DNA of 64,000 nucleotides, taken from the NCBI GenBank assembly GCA_965247705.1, contig CBDFHV010000069.1, positions 6,085 through 70,084 on the forward strand, in the 5' to 3' direction. Made by a program: the position numbers and the translations under genes. Below are positions 36,821 to 46,647 of this stretch, piece by piece. The notes under the pieces were generated by a model. It had not been told where the DNA came from. It searched no databases and saw only the letters and a program-made list of their open reading frames with translations. Positions within the stretch are counted from its first letter, which is position 1, and each line of letters opens with the position of its first letter. The stretch is from Rhodospirillales bacterium. GTDB lineage: Bacteria > Pseudomonadota > Alphaproteobacteria > Rhodospirillales > CAMCUA01.

Positions 36821-38194
36821 ATGAGCCTGGCGAGCTCCCCGTCACCGCCAATCCCCGTCCCGCCGCGGTCGACCGCCCCGGGTATCCTGTGGCCGGCCCT
36901 GCCGTCACCGGACAACGCCATTCTCTTTGCCCTGATGGGGCAACTGGAGTGCAGCGAGTGGTGGCCGCCCGAGGTTCTGGCCGCCCATCAGCGGGAACAG
37001 CTTGCGCTGTTGCTGGGGCACGCGGCGCGCACCGTGCCCTTGTATGGGAAGCGTCTGCGGCCGGTGCTGCGGCATCTGTCGGGCAACGACTGGCAAGCCG
37101 CCTTCCGCGACCTGCCGCCGCTGACCCGGGCCGACCTCCAATCGGCGGACGGCGCCATCGAGAGCACGGACCTGCCGGCGGACCACTTGCCGACCGAAGT
37201 GGTGGAATCATCTGGTTCCACCGGGATGCCGGTTCGGGTCCTGGCCACCCGGGTGTCGAGCCTCTTTTTCCACGCCGCCAACCTGCGCTACCACCTCTGG
37301 CACGGCCGGAATTTTCGGGCCCGGGTGGCGGGGATCACCCGGCCGGCAGCGCCGAGCCGCGGCAACCGTCCCGCCCGCTGGGTTCCCGGCTATCCCAGTG
37401 GCCCCATGTATCGTTACGACGTGACCCGCCCGGTGGCCGAGCAGTTCGAGTGGCTGCAAAAGTTGAACCCGGACTACCTGCTGACCTATCCGGTGAACCT
37501 GCGGGCCCTGATCGAGCTGTCCCGGGAGACCGGTCAACGCCTGCCCAGGCTGCGCCAGGTCTCGACAATGGGCGAGCCCTTGGACCCCGAGGTGCGCCTG
37601 GCATGCCGCGAAGCCTGGGGAATCCCGGTCAGCGACGCCTATAGCGCCATGGAGACAGGCATGATCGCCCTCCAATGTCCCGGCCATGAGCACTACCTGG
37701 TCCAGGCGGAAAACATCATGGTCGAGATCCTCGATGTATCGGGGCGTCCCTGCGTCCCCGGCACGGTGGGCCGCATCGTCATCACCGACCTGCACAATTT
37801 CGCCACCCCCCTGATCCGCTACGAAGTCGGAGATTATGGCGAGGCCGGCGGCCCCAGCCCCTGCGGCCGGGGCCTGCCGACCATCACCCGGGTGCTCGGC
37901 CGCACCCGCAACATGCTCAAACTGCCCGACGGGGAGCAATTGTGGCCGGTTTTCTCCACGGTCCTGGGAGAGGCGGTACCGGACATGAAGCAGGCGCAAC
38001 TGGTTCAGCGCGACGCGGACTCCGTCGACCTGATGCTGGTGGTGCGCCGGCCCCTCTCGGCCGATGAAGAGCAGGCGGCCTGCCGCGCCGTCGAAGGCGC
38101 CCTGCGCGACAGCCTGTCGGTACGGCTGGTCTACGCCGAGGAAATCCCGCGCTCGCCGACGGGCAAGTTCGAGGAAGTGAAATGCCTGATTTGA
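36821..38194 (+). CDS. adenylate-forming enzyme, phenylacetate-CoA ligase / F390 synthetase-like
   Basis: 457 aa with ESSGSTGMPVRV (AMP-binding P-loop variant), YPVNLRAL and a C-terminal PRSPTGKFEEV. Confidence 0.8.
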   Translation: MSLASSPSPPIPVPPRSTAPGILWPALPSPDNAILFALMGQLECSEWWPPEVLAAHQREQLALLLGHAARTVPLYGKRLRPVLRHLSGNDWQAAFRDLPPLTRADLQSADGAIESTDLPADHLPTEVVESSGSTGMPVRVLATRVSSLFFHAANLRYHLWHGRNFRARVAGITRPAAPSRGNRPARWVPGYPSGPMYRYDVTRPVAEQFEWLQKLNPDYLLTYPVNLRALIELSRETGQRLPRLRQVSTMGEPLDPEVRLACREAWGIPVSDAYSAMETGMIALQCPGHEHYLVQAENIMVEILDVSGRPCVPGTVGRIVITDLHNFATPLIRYEVGDYGEAGGPSPCGRGLPTITRVLGRTRNMLKLPDGEQLWPVFSTVLGEAVPDMKQAQLVQRDADSVDLMLVVRRPLSADEEQAACRAVEGALRDSLSVRLVYAEEIPRSPTGKFEEVKCLI

Positions 38195-41100
38195 GGGGAT
38201 GGCCTTGTTCCAGGCTCGAACAATCCTCAAGTCTTGAACGCCCGCGAAAGGCCCGAATGCCCATGACCACAGTACGACTTCCCGCCGCCGGTCGCCGGAT
38301 CGCCGGCCCCGGATTACCTTGATGGCGGCCCTGCTCCTGGCCGCCGCCACGCTCGCCGGACCCGCCGATGCGCGCACCGGCGACAACGACAAATCGACCC
38401 AGCTTTTCGAGGAAGCGCGGGAAGCCCTGGACAAGGGCGACCCGTCGACCGCCCTCATCCACCTGAAGAACGCGCTGCGGGCGGACCCCAACAACGTCGC
38501 CGCCCGGCTGGAACTGGCCCGGTTGTACCTGCGCCTGCGCGAGGGCGCCTCGGCGGAGAAGGAGCTCCGGGCCGCCCAACGACGGGGCGCTTCGGACGAG
38601 GATATCCGGGTCTCCCTGGCGGAGTCCTACCTGCTGCAGGACAAGCTCCGGGAGCTGCTCAAGGAGATCACCGCCGACGACCTGGCGCCGGAGACGGCGG
38701 CCAAAATCACCCTTGCCCGTGGCCAGGCCCATTTCAAGTTAAAGGAGATCGACGCCGCCGAGGAATCGTACAAACGGGCCCTCGAACTGGATCCCAAATC
38801 CGCCAATGCCCGGATCGGCCTCAGCCAGATCGCCGAGACGCGGGGCAACCTGGATGAAGCCTTGAGCTTGGTCGACGACGCCCTGGTGGCCGTTCCCGAC
38901 CACGAATTGGCCCTGGTTCACAAGGGCGATGTACAGCGAAAAATGGGCGATACGGAAGGCGCCATCGACAGCTACTCCAAGCTGCTTGCCCTATCGCCCC
39001 GTAATGCGGCGGCACGCATGGGGCGGGCGATGGCCCGGCTGACCAATCGGGACCCGGACAGCGCGCTCGAGGACGTTGACCACGTGCTCGACCGGATTCC
39101 CGGCCATCCCACGGCCACCTATGTCAGGGCGATGGTGCTGACCCGCCAGGGAAAGCGGACCGAGGCTCTGAGCACCCTGCGCGGTTCCATCCGCAACCTG
39201 GATTCGCTGCCCCAGGCGCAATACCTCATGGGGGCGCTGACCCTCGCCGCGGGCGAGACGGAACAGGCCGCGATCTACGCCCACAAATTCGTGTCCGAAA
39301 TGCCGCGCAGCGTCGCCGGTCAACGCCTCCTGGCCGCCGTTTATTTGAAGCAAAACGCACCCCAGCGGGCCATCGCCCTTCTCGAACCCGTGGTCCAGCA
39401 GTTCCCCAAGGACCGCCGAAACGTCGGCGCGCTCGCCAATGCCTATCTGATGGCGGGGCGCAACGAGGATGCGGCTGAGTGGTTCGAACGGCTGGTGGCA
39501 CTCGATCCCGGCAACGTCCAGGCACGTCGGCGTCTGGCCGTCATCCGGGCTGGACGGGGCGACTTGGACGCGGCCGAGCGGGATCTCGAAGCCCTGGTCG
39601 AGGAAGATCCGGATAACGTGCAGTCGCGGATTCTCTTGCTGGCGGCGCAGTTGCGGAACAAGGAGCACGAGGCGGCCTTGCGGACGGTCGACGGCCTGCG
39701 GACCCTGATGCCGGGCAGCCCCGTCCCCGACAACCTGGAAGCGGGGATCCACCGGGCGCTGGGCGATCTGATAAAGGCCCGGGAAGGCTATGGGGCCGCC
39801 CTGGACAAGGACCCGAAGTTCGTGCCGGCGCTCCTTAAGCTGGCGGAGATGGACGTTCGCGCGGACCGCATGGACGCCGCCCGGCGCCGCTTCGAGCAGG
39901 TGCTGGAATCGGACCAGGGCAACCTGCCGGCCCTTCTGGCGCTAGCGACGTTCGCCAGGCGCGAAGGGCGCACCGACGAGGCCATGGCATTGATGCGGCG
40001 GGCCGCCAACGCCAACCCGGATGCCCTGGTGCCCCGGCTGCGCATCGTCGACCTGATGCTATCCGACGGTCTGGGGGTGAAGGCGTTGGTGGCAGCCCGC
40101 GAGCTTCAAGGGAAGTTCCCCAACGATCCGGTGGTCCTGGAGGCCCTGGGGCGCGCCCAGTTCGGGGCGGACCAACCGCTGAGCGCCGTCTCCACCTTCC
40201 GGCAACTGGCGGCCCTGCGGCCCCATGTTCCCCAGGTTCACGTCATGCTGGGTCGGGCGCTGCTGGCCTCGGATAACGCGCCGGCCGCGAAAGAGGCCCT
40301 GGGCCATGCGCTCGAAGCCGACCCGAAACACGTGCCGGCCTTGTTGCTGTTGGGGGGGCTGGAACTAAGACAGGGCCATGTCGATCAGGCCCGTCTTCAC
40401 TACAACGAAGCTCTCGGCCTGGATCCCGTCAACCTGGCGGCCGCCGAGGGCCTGGCCCGCGTCCCTGGCGGACGATGACCTTCCCGAAGCGACCGAACGT
40501 CTGAAGCAGGCCATCGACCAGCATCCCGAAGCCATTTCCGCCCGTCGGCTTCTGGCCCAGACCTGGTTGCGGAGGGGCATGGGACAGGAAGCCCTGCGGA
40601 CCGCGCGCGATCTCGTGGCCCGGGCCCCCAAGAACGAGCAGTCGTTGCTGACCCTGGGAGAGATCGAGGCGCGCCTCAGCCTCTGGGACGCGGCGGAAAC
40701 CACTTTTCGCCACGCCACGGACGTGGCCCCCGACTCGGCGAGGGCGCATTTCGGACTCGCGCAAGTGCTTATCGCCAAAAACAGTCACTCCGCCGCGGCC
40801 GAGGCCCTGGATGCGGCCCTGTCCCGGGACCCAAGCCTGATCGCCGCCCGGCCCATGAGGATCGAATCCACCTATCGGGCCCATGGACTTGAGAAAGCCC
40901 TTGCCCTGGCGGAGGCGGAGCGGCGGGAGCACCCGGACAACACGGAAATTGCCGTCGCCCTCGGTCTCCTCTACCGGCAAGCGAACCGCCACGTCGACTC
41001 GGCGGGGGAATTCGCGACGGTCTTCGCGGCCAGACCGCAATCGCGGGTCCTACGCCATCTCCATCGCAGCCTGGTCCTGGCCGGCCGGCGGGGCGAAGCG

Positions 41101-41283
41101 CGGCAATTGCTGCTCGACTGGGTGGCGGAACACCCCGAAGACACCGACACGCGTTTTTTCCTGGCCACCGAACAGACGGCGGCCGGCGAGTACGCCCTTG
41201 CCATTGCCGAAAACGAAGCGCTGTTGGAGCGCCAGGGGGAGCGCGCCGCGCTGTGGAACAACCTCGCCTGGTTATTCGATCAG

Positions 41284-42360
41284 CGTCCCTATCCGGTTAA
41301 AACAGGATCGGCCCAAATGTTCTTGTTATGTTCGCGTAGAGGATGTAGGCTGATCGCATTGTCTCGGGCTTTTGGAGGGCGGTGCGATGGGCAGGATGTT
41401 GGCGTTTCAAGAACGGCACGGATCGGAAGCGGCCTGCATCGAGGCGCTGGCCCGGCTGCGCTGGCCGCAGGGCTATGTCTGTGCCCGCTGCGGCGAACGG
41501 CGGAGCTACCGAATGACGGCGCGGCCCAGGATCTTCGAATGCGCCCGTTGCGGTCATCAGGAATCGGTGACGGCGGGGACGATCTTCCACCGCACCCGCA
41601 CGCCGCTCCGCAAATGGTTCCTGGCGGCGTGGTGGATGGCGCGCGACAAGCGTGGGGTCTCGGCCCTTTTGCTGTCCCGCGAGTTGGATCTGCGCTACGA
41701 GACAGCGTGGCTGATGGCTCATAAGCTGCGTCATGCCCTGACGGAGCGCTCGGAATTTCCGCTCGAGGGCTTGGTCGAGGTCGACGAGAGTTATTATGGC
41801 GGGCGCGGCAAGCCGGAGAGCCGGGGCCGGGGCCTTTCCAACCCGAACAAGAGCCTGTTGGTGATGGCCGTCGAGAAGCGGCCGGTCGGGCCGGGCAAGG
41901 GCATCAAGGGGAGCGGCTTCGTCGCCGGCCGGGCGCGGCTCGCCATCCTCCCGGCGGCCACCGCCCGCGAGCTGGGCGGCTTCGTGCGCGCCTCGGTCAG
42001 GCCCGGAAGCCGCCTCGCCAGCGACGCCTTCAAGGGGTACGCCGGACTCCGCGACACCTATCGCCACCACCCCGTCGTGCAAGGCGAAGGCAAGAATGCC
42101 GAGCGCTTGATGCCGGTCGTCCATGTCCTGTTTTCCAACGTGAAGACCTGGCTCAACGGCACCTATCACGGTGTCGGCGCCAAGCACCTGCCGCGCTATG
42201 CCCGGGAATGGAGCTACCGCTTCAACCGCCGCACACGCATCACCGATCTGGCCGACTTCGTCCTCCGCCGCGCCATGGACCAACCCACCATCACCTACAA
42301 GGAGCTGGTCGACAGTCTTCAACCGCAGGGTGCGCTACCTGCTTTAACCGGATAGGGACG
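41284..42360 (+). mobile_element. IS1595-family insertion sequence, 1077 bp
   Basis: Inverted repeats CGTCCCTATCCGGTTAAAACAGG and CCTGCTTTAACCGGATAGGGACG. An 8-bp direct repeat TCGATCAG flanks the element at 41276-41283 and 42361-42368. Confidence 0.88.
41387..42355 (+). CDS. IS1595-family transposase
   Basis: The ATG at 41387 follows GGAGGG. It has an N-terminal zinc ribbon (CARCGERRSY...CARCGHQES) and a DDE domain. Confidence 0.9.
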   Translation: MGRMLAFQERHGSEAACIEALARLRWPQGYVCARCGERRSYRMTARPRIFECARCGHQESVTAGTIFHRTRTPLRKWFLAAWWMARDKRGVSALLLSRELDLRYETAWLMAHKLRHALTERSEFPLEGLVEVDESYYGGRGKPESRGRGLSNPNKSLLVMAVEKRPVGPGKGIKGSGFVAGRARLAILPAATARELGGFVRASVRPGSRLASDAFKGYAGLRDTYRHHPVVQGEGKNAERLMPVVHVLFSNVKTWLNGTYHGVGAKHLPRYAREWSYRFNRRTRITDLADFVLRRAMDQPTITYKELVDSLQPQGALPALTG

Positions 42361-43011
42361 TCGATCAGACCGGCGACGCTCGGGCGCTCGAGTACGCGGA
42401 AAATGCCGTCGCACTGGATCCGACTTCCCCGCATGCCGCCGATACCCTGGGCTGGATCCTAATGGGACGCGGTATCGTCGATCGCGCTCTGACCCTGTTG
42501 AAACGCGCTCACCGGGACGCCCCGGACCATCCGGTGATTGCCTATCACTATGCGCTCGCCCTAGAGGAATCGGGACACTCCGCACAGGCCGCCGCGGTCC
42601 TGAAGCGGATTCTGGAGCGTGACGTGGCCTTCGACGAACGTCCCAAGGCCGCGGAGCTTCTTGAAAGGCTGGAGGTGCCGTAATTCCGGAGCGTCGCAAA
42701 CTCGCTCTTGCGAACGGGCCCAGGACGAGGTATGTATAGGTGCGTTCGGTGACCTGAGTTGGCGTAGCGTGAGGGGTGACGAGTTCACCTGCGACCCAGC
42801 ATCGAATGATCCTGCCACTGGCAGGGATCGAGGGAAGATACCAACGATAATACAAGATCGCGTCGCCGCCGAACCGTTCGGGGGCGTTGGTTTCGTCTTG
42901 TTGGAGTTGGGAGATTCCCATGCTGTATCCGCGCCTTCTCACCATCGTCTACATGATTGCGGTCGCCGTGGCCTTGTCGGGAATGCTTCAAGTCATGTCC
43001 GGAACCGTGCG

Positions 43012-44172
43012 CTAGGCCCTTCCGGCTTCGGTCACGGGCGAAGTACCGCGCAGGTCAGCGACTTTGCGCATGACAGCGTCGAGGTCGACGCGGTAGGGAT
43101 AATGCATCGGGCTCTCCCCCGGTTGCCCCGTTGGCCGAAGGTCGTCGGTGACCATGCATTCGTAACTTTGGCCGCGCACCCGGGCGATGAACTCGAATTC
43201 GCGCATGTGGCGGATCGTGCGACTGGCCAACTCAAGTACCCGGCATCCGTGTGGCGCAAATATCAGGTTGGTCATGCCGGCCCCATGGGGTCCAACCACC
43301 GTACGCGATTGCGAGAATGTCGCCACCTGCTCCCGAAAGCCCAGTTGGCCGAGGACGACGATCTCGAATCCCAAGTCTTCCAGCCGCGCAGCCAGGGCGT
43401 CCTCGTTCAGCATCGGTCGCCGCGGCGAATCGGCGCGCGAGACGTAAATGTCCCGCTTCGCCGCGCCTGCATCGCCGTCGATCAGCCCCAGCTTGCGGCG
43501 CAACCAATCGACGCCCAAATCCATGCGCGGGTGATTGCGCAGATTGACCGGGACCACGATCTCCCGACAGTGAACGACGCGATCTCGGGGCACCCCGAGC
43601 CGGCGGTCCGCTCCGATTCCCAAGGCGTCCAGGCTCTCGAGTTGAAAAGCCGCCAGATCCTCGTTGATTAAGAACGGGAGGTCGCGGCAGCTCTCCTCCC
43701 CCTCGATCAGCGCCAGGCGAATCAGGCCCCTGATCAGCCAGTGCGAATAATTCCCGTCGCCGCCGAGGAAGATGCACGGCGGTTCGATCCGCCGCACCGG
43801 GTCGGGACAATTGACGATGAAGGTCCGCCGGTCGGGCGCCCTGCGCCCCCGTACGAAGGCGCTATTGAATATCTGCTTGTTGAGGGTCTCGATGGCATAC
43901 ATGCGCCCCCGATCCAGGATCGACCAGGATTCGGTCTCCACAAGAACGTCGCGTAGGAGCCCCACGTAGGGTTCCCCGCGATGCGCCTTCGCCTCATCCA
44001 TGAAGGATGAAACATAAGCCTCCACATGGGGATGGGCGCGAGGATCCAGCCGCGCCCAGTCCTGAAACGCCGCCACCGCCTCATCGATACGGCCGCGCTT
44101 CAGGAGCCTGCGCCCACGGTCGTAGTGATCGCGGATGATCTGGAGCTGGGCCTCCGACGGCGGCTCGGTCAT
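43012..44172 (-). CDS. glycosyltransferase family 61 (DUF563) protein with an N-terminal TPR-like segment
   Basis: 386 aa with the segments GGDGNYSHWLIRGL and VVGPHGAGMTNLIFAP, typical of GT61/DUF563. Confidence 0.7.
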   Translation of the reverse strand: MTEPPSEAQLQIIRDHYDRGRRLLKRGRIDEAVAAFQDWARLDPRAHPHVEAYVSSFMDEAKAHRGEPYVGLLRDVLVETESWSILDRGRMYAIETLNKQIFNSAFVRGRRAPDRRTFIVNCPDPVRRIEPPCIFLGGDGNYSHWLIRGLIRLALIEGEESCRDLPFLINEDLAAFQLESLDALGIGADRRLGVPRDRVVHCREIVVPVNLRNHPRMDLGVDWLRRKLGLIDGDAGAAKRDIYVSRADSPRRPMLNEDALAARLEDLGFEIVVLGQLGFREQVATFSQSRTVVGPHGAGMTNLIFAPHGCRVLELASRTIRHMREFEFIARVRGQSYECMVTDDLRPTGQPGESPMHYPYRVDLDAVMRKVADLRGTSPVTEAGRA

Positions 44173-44291
44173 TCACTTTGTCTCCACGTGCGGCCAAGGA
44201 TTGCCTTGCGCCGTGCGACGGACCAAGATGGAGTCGAAGGAAGTCGGGTCGGCCTTTCCGGTCCGGGGCCAATGGGGGGATAGCGAAAAAG

Positions 44292-45050
44292 ATGCAACTG
44301 CAATTGCACACTTGGCAGGAGGTCGATGCCTATCTGCGACGATCCACCGGCATCATTCTGCCCATCGGCTCCACCGAACAACACGGTCCCAATGGCTTCA
44401 TCGGCACCGACGCCCTGTGCCCGGAACTGATCGCCCGTGGTGTCGGAGACCGCATCGACGCCATGGTCGCCCCCACCATCAATGTCGGTATGGCCCAGCA
44501 TCACCTCGGGTTTTCCGGATCGATTACCTTGCGCCCCACGACGCTGATCGCCGTTATCTCCGACATCGTAAACTCCCTCGCCCGCCAGGGCTTCGACCGC
44601 TTTTACTTTTTCAATGGCCATGGCGGCAACATTGCCACCGTGACCGCCGCCTTTTCCGAAATATACGCCCAGTCGAGCCTCGGCGTCGCCGGCACCAACC
44701 GGCCGCCGGTGCGATGCACCATCGAGAACTGGTGGATGCTGTCCCAGGTGAAGGCATTTCGGGAGAAGCAGTTCGGCGCATCGGAAGGACGCCACGCCAC
44801 GCCGTCGGAAGTCGCGCTTACCTACTTCGGTTATCCGGAGCATGCGGCCCGCATCAAGGATGCGGCAATGTCGCCCAAGGTGGCCCCCATCGGGCCCGTT
44901 GGCGATGCGGAGGACTATCGTCGTCGCTTCCCCGATGGCCGCATCGGATCGGATCCCAGTCTGGCGACGGTGGCCCTCGGAGAGAACCTCTACAACATTG
45001 CCGTCGAAGACGCCTGCGCCTCCTACGAGTCGTTTCTCAAGGCGACCTGA
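44292..45050 (+). CDS. creatininase (creatinine amidohydrolase/MftE) family protein
   Basis: The ATG at 44292 lies within ORF 44178..45050. It has the motifs LPIGSTEQHGP and FNGHGGN. Confidence 0.85.
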   Translation: MQLQLHTWQEVDAYLRRSTGIILPIGSTEQHGPNGFIGTDALCPELIARGVGDRIDAMVAPTINVGMAQHHLGFSGSITLRPTTLIAVISDIVNSLARQGFDRFYFFNGHGGNIATVTAAFSEIYAQSSLGVAGTNRPPVRCTIENWWMLSQVKAFREKQFGASEGRHATPSEVALTYFGYPEHAARIKDAAMSPKVAPIGPVGDAEDYRRRFPDGRIGSDPSLATVALGENLYNIAVEDACASYESFLKAT

Positions 45051-45092
45051 GCGGCGGGTGGAAGCGGGCAGGCAAGGAGGCAACCAGGAACC

Positions 45093-45602
45093 ATGCGGCG
45101 CTGTTTTCTCATCTTCGACTACGACAATGACCTCTCCGACGCGAGGCGAATTGCCCAGACGGGCTTGGTCCGCGCCACGGCGCCGGCGGGATTCGACGAC
45201 ATCGCGGATTGGTCGGCGGCCAAGGAAAAGGGCGTCGACGCGGTAAAACGCATGATCGACCAGGGGATTTCCGGATCTTCCGTTACCGTCGTACTCATCG
45301 GTTCGCGAACGGCCACCCTAGGTTACGTTACCTATGCGCTGGAACGCAGCCTGCGCCGGCACAACGGCGTACTCGGCATCCATATTCACAATTTGAAGGC
45401 CTCCAACGCCACCGACGCGGACCGGGGCCGAAAGCCGGCCCTCCCCGAGGCCGCCGTCCGCTGGGCCGACAGCGACGACTATCCGAGCCACGACTGGGAG
45501 CAATCCCGATTTGCCGAGTGGGTATTCGACGTCGCTACCGACTGGAAGAACTACGCCCGCCGTCGCCCCGCCGACCCCGTACCGCCGGGGTTCAAGCTCT
45601 AG
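45093..45602 (+). CDS. ThsB-type TIR-like domain (DUF1863) protein
   Basis: 169 aa. It has the segments CFLIFDYDND, SVTVVLIGSRTA, YVTYALERS and GVLGIHIHNL, in the order seen in Thoeris ThsB-type TIR proteins. AAGGAGG lies at 45074-45080. Confidence 0.75.
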   Translation: MRRCFLIFDYDNDLSDARRIAQTGLVRATAPAGFDDIADWSAAKEKGVDAVKRMIDQGISGSSVTVVLIGSRTATLGYVTYALERSLRRHNGVLGIHIHNLKASNATDADRGRKPALPEAAVRWADSDDYPSHDWEQSRFAEWVFDVATDWKNYARRRPADPVPPGFKL

Positions 45603-45706
45603 TGTTCCGATCGAGACATTTCGTTCCCATTAAATCTACGCAAACTGCGACCTTCACCCCCGGGCTCAGGAACCAAATGTTAGAATCGCAACACTAGTGT
45701 CGTGAA

Positions 45707-46438
45707 TCAGCCCGCATCCTTGGCCGTTTCCTCTTCGCGCAGATAGCCGAAAACCGCCAAGGACAAGGCAAGAATCACCGTGATCACGGCCATCTCGCCG
45801 CCGTCCTCGACACAGGCGATGATGCGATGGGCGGCTGGCTCGCCGCGCGCGAAGGAAGACATCATGTCGACCACGCCACCAAAGAAGGCCAGAACGAAAA
45901 ACCACTTCGTCAGAGTCGAACCGATGGACCGATCCAGGCCCGTACTGCGCCATAGTGCATATGCGAGGAATCCCAGTAACGGCGTCCCGAACAGCCCCCA
46001 GGTCGCCAATTCGCCGAAATCCTGCCCGCGCAGACCGAAGGCCGGTTGCAGGTCAAGCCAACGGGTCAGAAAGCCGCCGAGAGATTCGTGGATTTGCAGG
46101 GAATCGTCGGCCAAGTAGTAGATGAAGATGAACAGAAAGGCGAAATAGACAGGCCGGCGCAGTCTCCAGGCCAACCGCGCGAACGCCACGACGATCAACG
46201 CAACCAACACGTATGCGAAATATTCCGCGTAGCTGCCCTCTGTCTCGAGCGCGAAGTCCCGCCCCTTGAATCCGGCGCTCAGAAGCAGTTTGCCGGGATC
46301 GAACCGGCTTCCTGCCAGGACATGGGCAATATGCAGCGCGAAAAACACCAGATCGCCGAATACCGCAAGTGATACCACGATGCGCAGCCGCCGATCTTCC
46401 TTGAACCGCCGCAGGGTACTTCCGAACAGACCTCGCAT
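45707..46438 (-). CDS. hypothetical polytopic membrane protein
   Basis: The ATG at 46438 lies within ORF 45707..46597. About 6 hydrophobic segments and no recognisable soluble domain. Confidence 0.55.
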   Translation of the reverse strand: MRGLFGSTLRRFKEDRRLRIVVSLAVFGDLVFFALHIAHVLAGSRFDPGKLLLSAGFKGRDFALETEGSYAEYFAYVLVALIVVAFARLAWRLRRPVYFAFLFIFIYYLADDSLQIHESLGGFLTRWLDLQPAFGLRGQDFGELATWGLFGTPLLGFLAYALWRSTGLDRSIGSTLTKWFFVLAFFGGVVDMMSSFARGEPAAHRIIACVEDGGEMAVITVILALSLAVFGYLREEETAKDAG

Positions 46439-46647
46439 ATGGCACGACCCCTTCCAGACTTGTGGCAATGATACCCAATTGGCGCAATCGTTCGAATGGT
46501 TCTCCCACGGCCTCGTCCATGACCAAGGCTCTACCGCCTTCAGCAAAGCCAGGGTCCCGGTCACTGCGCCGTTGGCAAACCCGCGCCCGTGGGTCATCCT
46601 CGCAGCCGTTCCGTCTCTTTCTCTCCCACCGGTCCCGGAGACAGGTC

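Larger units (their letters stand above)
38322..42683 (+). pseudogene. prsT: PEP-CTERM system TPR-repeat lipoprotein PrsT, disrupted by a frameshift (about 40463) and an IS1595 insertion
   Basis: TPR repeats run through ORF 38319..40478, ORF 40378..41283 and ORF 42369..42683. With the IS and its duplication removed, the length is 3277 nt, one nucleotide out of frame. Confidence 0.75.

Noticed and set aside
42920-43015. A 31-codon ORF (MLYPRLLTIVYMIAVAVALSGMLQVMSGTVR) with a GGGAG Shine-Dalgarno sequence could be a small membrane peptide downstream of prsT.
   Set aside because: It is too short to support without conservation or expression data, and it overlaps the 3' end of the convergent GT61 gene.
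45048-45095. The creatininase stop TGA (45048-45050) is in frame with the TIR ORF through a linker-like AAGGSGQARRQPGT. This raised the idea of a Sec or read-through fusion.
   Set aside because: A strong AAGGAGG (45074-45080) precedes the TIR ATG. Frame identity has a 1-in-3 chance, and I see no SECIS-like hairpin. Two separate genes is the simpler reading.
45625-45645. The A/T-rich motif TCCCATTAAATCTA recurs as TCCCAATAAATCTA at about 50310-50323, next to the IS21 end.
   Set aside because: There are only two imperfect copies and no associated structure. They could be chance or a relic, which is not enough to call a repeat family or att site.
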